Positions 8,628 to 16,685 of a stretch of 64,000 nucleotides of DNA are shown in pieces. This DNA is from Treponema sp. Lineage in GTDB: Bacteria > Spirochaetota > Spirochaetia > Treponematales > Treponemataceae. Where the stretch lies: contig JAFSJW010000051.1 of the NCBI GenBank assembly GCA_017449265.1, forward strand, positions 29,558 to 93,557. The letters run 5' to 3'. Each line of letters starts with the position of its first letter. The first letter of the stretch is position 1. Made by a program: the position numbers and the translations under genes. The notes under the pieces are model-generated. The model ran no database searches, was not told where the DNA came from, and saw only the letters and a list, made by a program, of their open reading frames with translations.

Positions 8628-11600
8628 ATGAAAAAAAAGATATTAAGTGCATTTCTTACGATTTTTGTTTTAATTGGCTTTTTGTTTCCGGCGCAGATTT
8701 TTGCAGATGATTCTGGCGATTCGGGAGATTCTTCGTCTGAGTCCGACTCGGATTCAGACTCAGATTCCGATTCAGATTCAGACTCAGACTCAAGTTCGGA
8801 CTCAGATTCCGATTCGGATTCAGAATCTGATGGTGACGATTCGGGCGAAGAAAACGATGCGGACGAGGATGATGGCAAATCCGCGGATGGCGAAGAGGGC
8901 GAGGATGCGGACGGAAAAGGCGACAAAGTGGAGGAGGATGCCGGGGAAAGTCCCGTAGATTATTCTCAGTACGATGATGAGCCGTGGTACGATACGGCAG
9001 TTGCGGAGCATTGGTCGCAGGATTACTGTGAGTCTATGAGAAGTTCTCACGGAAGCGAATATGCCGCTGAATGGAGCGCGTCTCGTGCTGCTCTTGATAA
9101 TGCCAAAGCATACAATGCGTCGGAGGAAGTTATAGCGGCTTTGCAGGCTGAATTCAACCAGATTGATTCTGTCTGCCAGAACTTTGCTGCGGCTCAGGGC
9201 GGAACGAGCTTTTCCATTTCCGGCTCTAGCATGACGGTCTATGACGCGGCCGGGCAGCCTGTTTATTCGGTGGGAGACCCAGTAATCCTTGCCAGCGGCG
9301 AAAATTACATTCTGGACGAAGATTTGTCTATTTCCACAGCGAACACGAGATTTTCGATTGTCCGAAAGTACACGCATGGATTTTCTGGCGGCGCATTCGG
9401 AACGAACTGGAACTCAAACCTTGACACGAGAATAATCCGTTGCTCGTCTTCTTTTCAGATTAACGAAGAGGACATGGCGAAAATTGACGACTATATTGCC
9501 GCGTTGGAGAAAGTCCGGGAAGAGATTGAGGAATACAAAAACACGGATTCTGAGTATGAGAGCGTTGTTGAGGAGACGGAGGAGCTTTTGGCACACGCGC
9601 GGGAAAGCCGCCAGAATTTGCTTTCGGAACTTGAGCAAATAAATGCAGGTGCTGCCGATTGCGCATTGCGGAACAAATACGCCGCTTATGGCTATGCTGG
9701 GAAGATTTCTGGAAATTGCGGCTTCGGAAAGATTATTTTCTGCGATGACGACGGAAATGCGATTCTACTTTCTAAAAGCGATTCTGGAACATATTTGCCT
9801 GTTCAGAAAATTTACTCAGGAAAAATCGAAATCACAGAAAATGAAACTGGTTATGAAGTTTCATTTCGTGGCGGCGAAAAAAGAATCTACAATGAATACG
9901 GTCTTCCGCTTGCTTTTTTCCGCAGGGGCGGCGGAAGAATAAATTTTTCTTATAACGATGATTTTGTTCTTGAAAAAATCGTAGTGGACGGAAAGGTGCC
10001 TATACTCTTTTCGTGGGACGGGCGAAGGCTTGTTTCAACTTCTTCAGGAACTCGGACAACAGCCTATTCGTATTTGGACGGCTTTCTTTCTTCCGCCACG
10101 GACTTTGAGGGCGACAAAAAATCGTTCGAGTACGGGGCTGATGGAAGAATCATTCGGCAGATTAAGGCTGACGGTAGCTTTGTGTCTTTTTGCTACGAAG
10201 AGGCGGGTGGTTTGGTCAGGACTTCTTCTGTGACGAATGAGCTTGGCGGGACGGAGCGTTTTTTCTATGATACTGAAAATCGGCTCGTAACGCACATAGA
10301 CTTTGACGGAGTTGAAAGTTTGTATCAGTGCGATTCAGAAGGGCGAACTATTTGCGAAAAATATCCTGACGGAAAGGAAGTGCGCTACGAATATGATGAT
10401 TTTGGTAATGTTGTTTCCAGAACTGATAATTTCGGGCAGAAGACATATTTTTACGATGAATGTGGGAATGTGCTTCAGATTTCTTTTCCGGACGGCTCTT
10501 CTGAGCGATTTTCGTATTCGGACGGAAATCTTGTGTCAAGGATTTCGCGGGGCGGCCACAGAACTGATTTTTTGTACAATCAGGACAAAAATCTAAGCGT
10601 AGTATTTAAAGGTAATCAGCCTGTCGCTTCGTTTGAATACGATTCGGACGGATTTCTGACATCTTACTGTGATTCAATCGGAACCAGAACATTTTTTTCC
10701 TATGATTCTTATGGAAATATTACGCAAAGAAAAAAGGGGGCGTCCGTAGAGCAGTGGCGGTATGATGAGGACGGAAGAATCATTGAGTACATTGACCCGC
10801 TCGGAAACAAGGAAGTCCACGAATATGCGCCGCACAAAGAAAAAATCGTGTTTTCGCTGGGGATTGAAATCGAAAAGACTTATTCAAGCAGAAAACTTCT
10901 TGTTTCAAAAAAAATTACTGACACAAAAACAGGTGAGAGCCGGCTTTTTGAATATGAGTACGACAGAAATAAAAATTGTACGGGCTATTTTGTTTCTGGC
11001 GTTGATTCCCTTGGAAACAAGTACGAAAGGACACAAACGATTGGAATAACTTATACATCAGGCGGACGCGCAACATCGTATGAAACGAGAAATATTTTTC
11101 GCCCGAATTCAGAAATTGAGGGGTGGAAATCAAATTTTTTCTGGGACCAAAGCGGAAATCTTTGTTCCGTGGAGCAAGGCTTTTTGTCTGGAAATTATGT
11201 CGTCGATGGAAAGTTCGTTGATTTTACACGGACTATTTCTCAGGACGGTATTGAGCTTACTGAATCATACTATGACGGAATCGAGAAAAAATCGTTCTAT
11301 AATATAAACGGAATCCTTTTTAAAGAGGCTTTGAACAATTGCATTCTTTCTCAAAAAGAAATCAGTCCTGACGGAAGAATTCTGAAAATTTCTTCTGATT
11401 CTTCGGGTGACATCGGCTTTTTATATGACAGCGAGGGCTTTTTGAACTCGTATGTTTACGAGGGCGGGGTTCAAAAATCTTTTGCTTCTATTGAACGCAC
11501 TGCAGGTGGAATTGTTGTTTCCGCAACTGACGAAAACGGAATCAGAAAAAATTTTTTCTATGATGAGTGCGGAAACTGCGTGCGCATGGAAAGCAGCGTT

Positions 11601-14600
11601 TGTTCCATTGATTGTGGCTACGATGCTGGCGGCAGAGTTACATTCTGGAAGATTTTAGATGCTTTCGGAAAGATTGTGTTTGAGGCGGAATGGTCTTACG
11701 GAAATGACAGAAGGACTGTTTCCGTGACATACGGGAAAAAATATAAATTCAGTTTGGAACTGAATGCTTTTGGGGAAATAATCCAAAAGACAGATGCGCT
11801 GAACAATACCGTCCGTTTTTTCTACGATGTTATGGGACGGAAAATTCTCGAGACCGATTCTTACGGGAAGAATACTCGCTTTGTCTGGAACGGACAGTAC
11901 CAGATTGAAAAAATCATCTGGGGAAACGGCTCTTTTGTGGAATATGAATACGACTCGTTTTTAAACTGTGTTGGCTGCAAGGATTCGGAGGGAAAAATCT
12001 GGAGCGCAAGCTACGATTCTTTAGGAAGAGTTAAATCATTTTCAAGAAGACCGTTCTTCAGAACTGAGTGGTATGAGTACGATGAGTTTGGTCGCGTAAC
12101 AAAAGTGAGTGCGGAAAGTTCTGGCGGAAGAAAAACGCTGAAATCTTTTGTTTATGGTCAAAAAGGCTCATCTGTCGTAAGAATGGACTCAAAAGCAAAG
12201 ACTACGGTTTCTCTTTTGGACGGATTCGGAAAAATTCTTTCCGTAAAAAACAGGCTTGGTGACGAACAGACATTTTCGTACGGGGCTGATGGTCGGGTTA
12301 CTGGCGACATGGATTTTGCGCGGAATGAAACTCGGTATTTGTATTCGTCCGATGCTCTTTCGGCGACAATGCTTTTTTCTGACGGAACATCCGCGCTTTC
12401 AAAAACCGATTGCATGGGGCATATTCTGGAAATTAAAAACGATGACGAAGAATTGCGCTTTACCTACGACTCCGCAGGAAAAATGGTTTCCCAGTACGAT
12501 GTAAAAAACGAAGTCGTTGTGTTGTACAGATACGATGAGCGCGGATTTCTTACAAGCATAAAAAGCTCAGGGCTTGGCACGGACAGAAATATTTCTTACG
12601 AATACGGAAAAAACGGAGAGATTTTGTGCGTGAATGATTTTATTGGAAGCGGAGAAAATAGCAGGACTGTTTCCGTTCGGTTTGTATACGACGAGCTGGG
12701 GCGTGAAATTCTCCGAGTCTGGTCTGGCGGGGAGAGCCTCAGAACCGTGTACGATAAGATTGGACGCGTTGTCTTGAAAGCTGGTTTTGATTCTCAGTCT
12801 AACATCGTTTTTGTTGACGGAAGCGTTTTTGGCTCTCTTGGCGAAAAAGTCCTCTCATTTGATTCAAGCTTTCAGGTGACTCGCTACGAATACGATTCGG
12901 ACGGGCGACTTTCTGCTGTCATGTACCCGTACTCCGCTCGTATGTTTGAGCATTTGAAAAAATCCGCTGTCTTGTCAGGGCTTTCGTTCCTTGAGTCGGA
13001 CATAAAATTTGATACAACTACGGTTTCAACTTCCGAATACGAAAAGCTGAAATCAATTTGCGCTTTGTTAAGCCGAAGCGCGCAAATTCAAAGTTCAGTT
13101 TCTTCGCTCAAAGAGTCTTTTTCCTATGACTCGGAAGGAAATTGCATATCGCGCAGTACGCCGTTCGGAGTGATAAAAAGCTCCTTTGACGATGAGAATA
13201 GAATCTTGTCATGGGGAAGCGCAGGCACTTTTTCCTACGACAAAAACGGAAATCTTGTTTCTGAAAAAAATCTGTATGAGGAAAAATATTTTTCATACAA
13301 TGCGATGAACAGAATGAAAAGTGCCTGTGTGTACAATGCGGTTGATGACAAAATTACTGAAATTGCCTGCGCATATGATGCGCTGGGACGGCGTACGGTC
13401 TATTCTTCGTCCGAATTCGGTTCTGTCCGAACGATGTATCTGGGACTTGGGCTTAAGCAGCTTGCGAGCATGAAAATCTCTTCTGCTACAGAAGTCCGCT
13501 CCGCAAAGAAAGAAGATTCTTCTGAGTTCAGGTATCTTAAAGGCTATTCTGGTGAGCCAGGAAAACGCTCTTTGGGCGGGCCTGATGGCGGAAAGTCCCG
13601 CGGTGTTTTTTTTGGCGGATTTGCGGGCTATGATTCGTATTCAAATGCTCCTGTTTATGCTGGAACAAGCCCTGTTTCTGTTACGCAGATTGGTTCTTCG
13701 GAAAGTGGATATTCGTCTTTTGCCCTTATGTGCAATTCCGTTTCTTCGGTTTCGGCGGCGTGTGGGGAGAATGGGCTTACAAACACTTATGACTTTGATG
13801 TGTTCGGCTCGCCTCTGTCTGCGGAAAGTCCTGCGTTTGGCTTTGTTGGCAAGCGTTACGATGCGGCAACCGGGCTGTACGATTTTGGTTTCCGCGATTA
13901 TTCCGCCGCGCTGGGGCGTTTTTCTTCGCTTGACCCTATTCGGGACGGGGACAACTGGTATTCGTACTGCATGGGAAATCCTGTGAGCTATGTGGATGAT
14001 AACGGACTTTGGGTCGTTGAAACTACGGAGCAGTATATGAATGATGATAATTGGGCAAATGATACTTTGGGAAATTCAGAAACACTTACTCTCGGAAAAG
14101 CCGGTTGTGCTGTTACAGCGGCGGCTCAGGCTATCAGTGCTTTGACTTATGAAGAGGTTTCGGTTACGGACATAAATAACAACAAGGAGTATTTTTCAGG
14201 TGCGAACATTGATTTCAATTCTGTCTTTAGTGAGTATGATCTGAAAAGTGAAACTTTGTTCGGAATGAGACCTGGAGACCCGTCTATTTGTGAAATGGTA
14301 AAAAATGCCAGAGATAATGAGACAAACTTATTTGGCAAGGCTGAGTCAACAAAAGAAAGCATGATTGTGGGCTTAATAAATGAGCAGGTTCAAAAAGAGG
14401 AAGATATTGTGATTATCGCACAGGTCGCTTACCATACCGCTGGTGTGACGAGCGGAGGTGTCGTTTACTATGATTACCATTTTGTTACATTGACAGGGGA
14501 AATTTTCGAGAAAGATGGAGTTTCTTATGCCTATATTAAGGGAACTTCCAGAAATGATTATGCTGTGGATGCGTGGACTATGCGAGGTAAATCTGGCTGG

Positions 14601-14771
14601 ATAAGAGAAAATGGCAGAATTGCTGTTCCAGTAAATAATATAGGTCGCATAGATATAGTTCACAGAAAATCTGAGAAGTCAGTTCTGGATTGGATGGAAG
14701 AATACAGAACATCTGGCAGAAACTATGTGAAGGCAACCGATGAGAAAAACAAGAGTGCTAAGAATGATTAA
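8628..14771 (+). CDS. Rhs/YD-repeat protein with Sec signal peptide, Ser-Asp repeat, DUF6531-like domain, Rhs core and C39-like peptidase C-terminus
   Basis: Signal MKKKIL...AQIFA|D, VGDPVILASGE...FGTNW, many YDxxG repeats, and core FVGKRYDAATGLYDFGFRDYSAALGRFSSLDP...NPVSYVDDNGL. The C-terminal domain from 14010 contains GCAVT and YHFV. Confidence 0.9.
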   Translation: MKKKILSAFLTIFVLIGFLFPAQIFADDSGDSGDSSSESDSDSDSDSDSDSDSDSSSDSDSDSDSESDGDDSGEENDADEDDGKSADGEEGEDADGKGDKVEEDAGESPVDYSQYDDEPWYDTAVAEHWSQDYCESMRSSHGSEYAAEWSASRAALDNAKAYNASEEVIAALQAEFNQIDSVCQNFAAAQGGTSFSISGSSMTVYDAAGQPVYSVGDPVILASGENYILDEDLSISTANTRFSIVRKYTHGFSGGAFGTNWNSNLDTRIIRCSSSFQINEEDMAKIDDYIAALEKVREEIEEYKNTDSEYESVVEETEELLAHARESRQNLLSELEQINAGAADCALRNKYAAYGYAGKISGNCGFGKIIFCDDDGNAILLSKSDSGTYLPVQKIYSGKIEITENETGYEVSFRGGEKRIYNEYGLPLAFFRRGGGRINFSYNDDFVLEKIVVDGKVPILFSWDGRRLVSTSSGTRTTAYSYLDGFLSSATDFEGDKKSFEYGADGRIIRQIKADGSFVSFCYEEAGGLVRTSSVTNELGGTERFFYDTENRLVTHIDFDGVESLYQCDSEGRTICEKYPDGKEVRYEYDDFGNVVSRTDNFGQKTYFYDECGNVLQISFPDGSSERFSYSDGNLVSRISRGGHRTDFLYNQDKNLSVVFKGNQPVASFEYDSDGFLTSYCDSIGTRTFFSYDSYGNITQRKKGASVEQWRYDEDGRIIEYIDPLGNKEVHEYAPHKEKIVFSLGIEIEKTYSSRKLLVSKKITDTKTGESRLFEYEYDRNKNCTGYFVSGVDSLGNKYERTQTIGITYTSGGRATSYETRNIFRPNSEIEGWKSNFFWDQSGNLCSVEQGFLSGNYVVDGKFVDFTRTISQDGIELTESYYDGIEKKSFYNINGILFKEALNNCILSQKEISPDGRILKISSDSSGDIGFLYDSEGFLNSYVYEGGVQKSFASIERTAGGIVVSATDENGIRKNFFYDECGNCVRMESSVCSIDCGYDAGGRVTFWKILDAFGKIVFEAEWSYGNDRRTVSVTYGKKYKFSLELNAFGEIIQKTDALNNTVRFFYDVMGRKILETDSYGKNTRFVWNGQYQIEKIIWGNGSFVEYEYDSFLNCVGCKDSEGKIWSASYDSLGRVKSFSRRPFFRTEWYEYDEFGRVTKVSAESSGGRKTLKSFVYGQKGSSVVRMDSKAKTTVSLLDGFGKILSVKNRLGDEQTFSYGADGRVTGDMDFARNETRYLYSSDALSATMLFSDGTSALSKTDCMGHILEIKNDDEELRFTYDSAGKMVSQYDVKNEVVVLYRYDERGFLTSIKSSGLGTDRNISYEYGKNGEILCVNDFIGSGENSRTVSVRFVYDELGREILRVWSGGESLRTVYDKIGRVVLKAGFDSQSNIVFVDGSVFGSLGEKVLSFDSSFQVTRYEYDSDGRLSAVMYPYSARMFEHLKKSAVLSGLSFLESDIKFDTTTVSTSEYEKLKSICALLSRSAQIQSSVSSLKESFSYDSEGNCISRSTPFGVIKSSFDDENRILSWGSAGTFSYDKNGNLVSEKNLYEEKYFSYNAMNRMKSACVYNAVDDKITEIACAYDALGRRTVYSSSEFGSVRTMYLGLGLKQLASMKISSATEVRSAKKEDSSEFRYLKGYSGEPGKRSLGGPDGGKSRGVFFGGFAGYDSYSNAPVYAGTSPVSVTQIGSSESGYSSFALMCNSVSSVSAACGENGLTNTYDFDVFGSPLSAESPAFGFVGKRYDAATGLYDFGFRDYSAALGRFSSLDPIRDGDNWYSYCMGNPVSYVDDNGLWVVETTEQYMNDDNWANDTLGNSETLTLGKAGCAVTAAAQAISALTYEEVSVTDINNNKEYFSGANIDFNSVFSEYDLKSETLFGMRPGDPSICEMVKNARDNETNLFGKAESTKESMIVGLINEQVQKEEDIVIIAQVAYHTAGVTSGGVVYYDYHFVTLTGEIFEKDGVSYAYIKGTSRNDYAVDAWTMRGKSGWIRENGRIAVPVNNIGRIDIVHRKSEKSVLDWMEEYRTSGRNYVKATDEKNKSAKND
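8741..8831 (+). repeat. Hexamer TCNGAY tandem repeat encoding (Ser-Asp)n
   Basis: tccgac tcggat tcagac tcagat tccgat tcagat..., with varied synonymous codons. Confidence 0.9.
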
Positions 14772-14877
14772 GTCGGTTTTCTCCAAAAGCTCCACTGTTA
14801 TTTTTCTTTTTTGCGAAAAACGAAGAGATAAATTTTGATTTAATGTTATTTTAAAAGTATTTTTTTGTATAATTATT

Positions 14878-14915
14878 AAAGCTGTTCGGAAAGCTGAAAT
14901 TTTCCGAACAGCTTT
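14878..14915. repeat. GTTCGGAAA-family palindrome in a predicted 5' UTR
   Basis: AAAGCTGTTCGGAAA-GCTGAAAT-TTTCCGAACAGCTTT, just downstream of TATAAT at 14868. Confidence 0.85.
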
Positions 14916-14942
14916 ATCAAAAAAAACAGGAGATTATGTTTT

Positions 14943-15575
14943 ATGAAAAAAATTTGGACTATTTTTATGTTTTTGATTTGTGCGGGCATTGCATCTGCAA
15001 AAATTGTCAATCCTAATTTTTTGCCTACAAAAGATGAAAAAGAGTTTGATGTTGTGTATTACCAGCTAAAGAGGTTTACGCCATATGAGGTTCCAGAAGA
15101 ATATCAGCAGGAAATCAGTGTGAATCAGGCATTCAAGGTAAAATTCAACGGCAATGATGGTGAAATCCGCTATTCGCTTTTTAAAGAAACTGGTGAGAAT
15201 ACGGAGCTTCAAATCGGTTCATTTTTTTATATTATATTTATGAATTTGGCAGGTGAAACAGGAGAAATCGGGCGAGGCTCGAATTTTAATAATTCTGATG
15301 TAGAAAAAGATTTTAACGGTACATCTGGCTACTGCTGTACTATAAAAAATCCCAGTTCTTTATTTGGGACTGGTTATAAGTTTATCAATGTTGAGATTTT
15401 CTACAAAAAAGGGCAGGGAATTTGCCTCAGGACTATGCTTTACAATAATCCAGAATTCATTGTAAAAAAATCTGGCTCGTTTGAAATAAATGAAGATTTT
15501 TTAAGAAGTTATAGATGCTTTAAATTTATGGAAAAAGATGATACTGGAAAGTATATCAAACCTGCCGTAAAATAA
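14943..15575 (+). CDS. Exported protein, candidate Rhs immunity protein (paralog 1)
   Basis: Signal peptide ...GIASA|K, first full gene after the Rhs toxin tip, and clearly paralogous to the next gene. The immunity role is inference. Confidence 0.6.
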   Translation: MKKIWTIFMFLICAGIASAKIVNPNFLPTKDEKEFDVVYYQLKRFTPYEVPEEYQQEISVNQAFKVKFNGNDGEIRYSLFKETGENTELQIGSFFYIIFMNLAGETGEIGRGSNFNNSDVEKDFNGTSGYCCTIKNPSSLFGTGYKFINVEIFYKKGQGICLRTMLYNNPEFIVKKSGSFEINEDFLRSYRCFKFMEKDDTGKYIKPAVK

Positions 15576-15578
15576 AGT

Positions 15579-16214
15579 ATGGATATTTTTACAAAAAAGT
15601 CGCTTGCTTTAATCTTTATGATTGTATGCGCTTCGTGGGTCGCTTTTGCACGAATCGTATCACCGAACTTTGAGCCTTCATCCTCCGATGGAGGACTTGA
15701 GGTTGCTTACAATCTGCCTTCATCGTTCGTACAGTATGAAGTTCCGAAAGAGCAGCAAAATGAAATTAGCGTGAATAAAGCGTTCAAAGGCATCTTCAAC
15801 GGCTGTGAAGGTGAGGTTCGGTATTTATTTTTCGATGAAACTGGAACGAACGGAAAACCTGAGATTACGATTTATGAATCTCTTATCTTGATGAGCGTCG
15901 CAGGGACTCGGATGAAAGTTCAGAAACGGGGCGCCTATAAGGCTGTTGCGGTAAAAAAGAGCTTTAATGCAGATTCAGGCTCTTTTGTTTCCATTGTCCA
16001 GCCGAATTCGTCCTTTGCGGCGGGCTACAAGTATATGTATGTTGATTTTTTCTATAAAAGTGGGCAGGGAATATGTGCAAGGACTTTTTTGTACAATGAT
16101 ACAGCCTTTGTTGACGGCGGTGATAATAGCGGTGCTGATTTTTATAAAAATTGTGCCGCTTTTAAATTTATGAAAAAAAACAGAAAAGGAAATTATATCC
16201 GTCCGAAAAGATAA
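15579..16214 (+). CDS. Exported protein, candidate Rhs immunity protein (paralog 2)
   Basis: Signal peptide ...WVAFA|R. Shares EVPxExQxEISVNxAF, GE[IV]RY, FYKxGQGICxRTxLYN and FKFM with paralog 1. Confidence 0.6.
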   Translation: MDIFTKKSLALIFMIVCASWVAFARIVSPNFEPSSSDGGLEVAYNLPSSFVQYEVPKEQQNEISVNKAFKGIFNGCEGEVRYLFFDETGTNGKPEITIYESLILMSVAGTRMKVQKRGAYKAVAVKKSFNADSGSFVSIVQPNSSFAAGYKYMYVDFFYKSGQGICARTFLYNDTAFVDGGDNSGADFYKNCAAFKFMKKNRKGNYIRPKR

Positions 16215-16652
16215 ATGAATTACTCTGTTTCTTCTGTTCTTTCGTTAATCTCAAAAATTCATACTTGTTCAGCTGATTTTTTGCAAAAACGGCTGGCCGG
16301 TTTGGGACTTTTTGATTTTGTCTCTTCGCACGGATTCATTCTGTTTTGCCTTTCCAAAAACGAAAGGCTTTCAATGGGGGAGCTTTCCGAGAGAATAAAC
16401 AGAAACAAATCTACGGCGACTGTTCTTGTCAAAAAGCTAGAGAAGGCGCAGCTCGTCAAAATCGAAAAAGATGATTCTGACAGCAGGAAAAAATGGATTT
16501 CGCTGACAGAAAAAGGTCGGGCGTACAACGCAAAGACGGAAAGCCTTTCAAGCGAACTTCTTGAATGTGCTTACAAGAATTTTTCTCAAGAAGAAAAGGA
16601 AACTCTTCTAAAGTTGCTTGAAAAACTTCATTCAAATCTGGAAGTAATCTGA
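16215..16652 (+). CDS. MarR-family transcriptional regulator
   Basis: Winged-helix pattern SMGELSERINRNKSTATVLVKKLEK and the MarR wing DSRKKWISLTEKG. Confidence 0.9.
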   Translation: MNYSVSSVLSLISKIHTCSADFLQKRLAGLGLFDFVSSHGFILFCLSKNERLSMGELSERINRNKSTATVLVKKLEKAQLVKIEKDDSDSRKKWISLTEKGRAYNAKTESLSSELLECAYKNFSQEEKETLLKLLEKLHSNLEVI

Positions 16653-16685
16653 TTAATTCTTGGATGTTTTGAGCGTGGGGAAGAT

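Noticed and set aside
8525-8926. Minus-strand ORF with an (SE)n repeat
   Set aside because: It is the antisense shadow of the Rhs Ser-Asp repeat, with no independent RBS or function.
14740-14838. 32-aa ORF overlapping the Rhs stop (MRKTRVLRMIK...IFLFC), a possible remnant of the cognate immunity gene
   Set aside because: Too short and without a recognisable motif, so it cannot be told apart from chance.
14878-14915. GTTCG...CGAAC palindromes as LexA/SOS boxes
   Set aside because: Orientation and spacing do not match CGAAC-N4-GTTCG, and most downstream genes are not repair genes.
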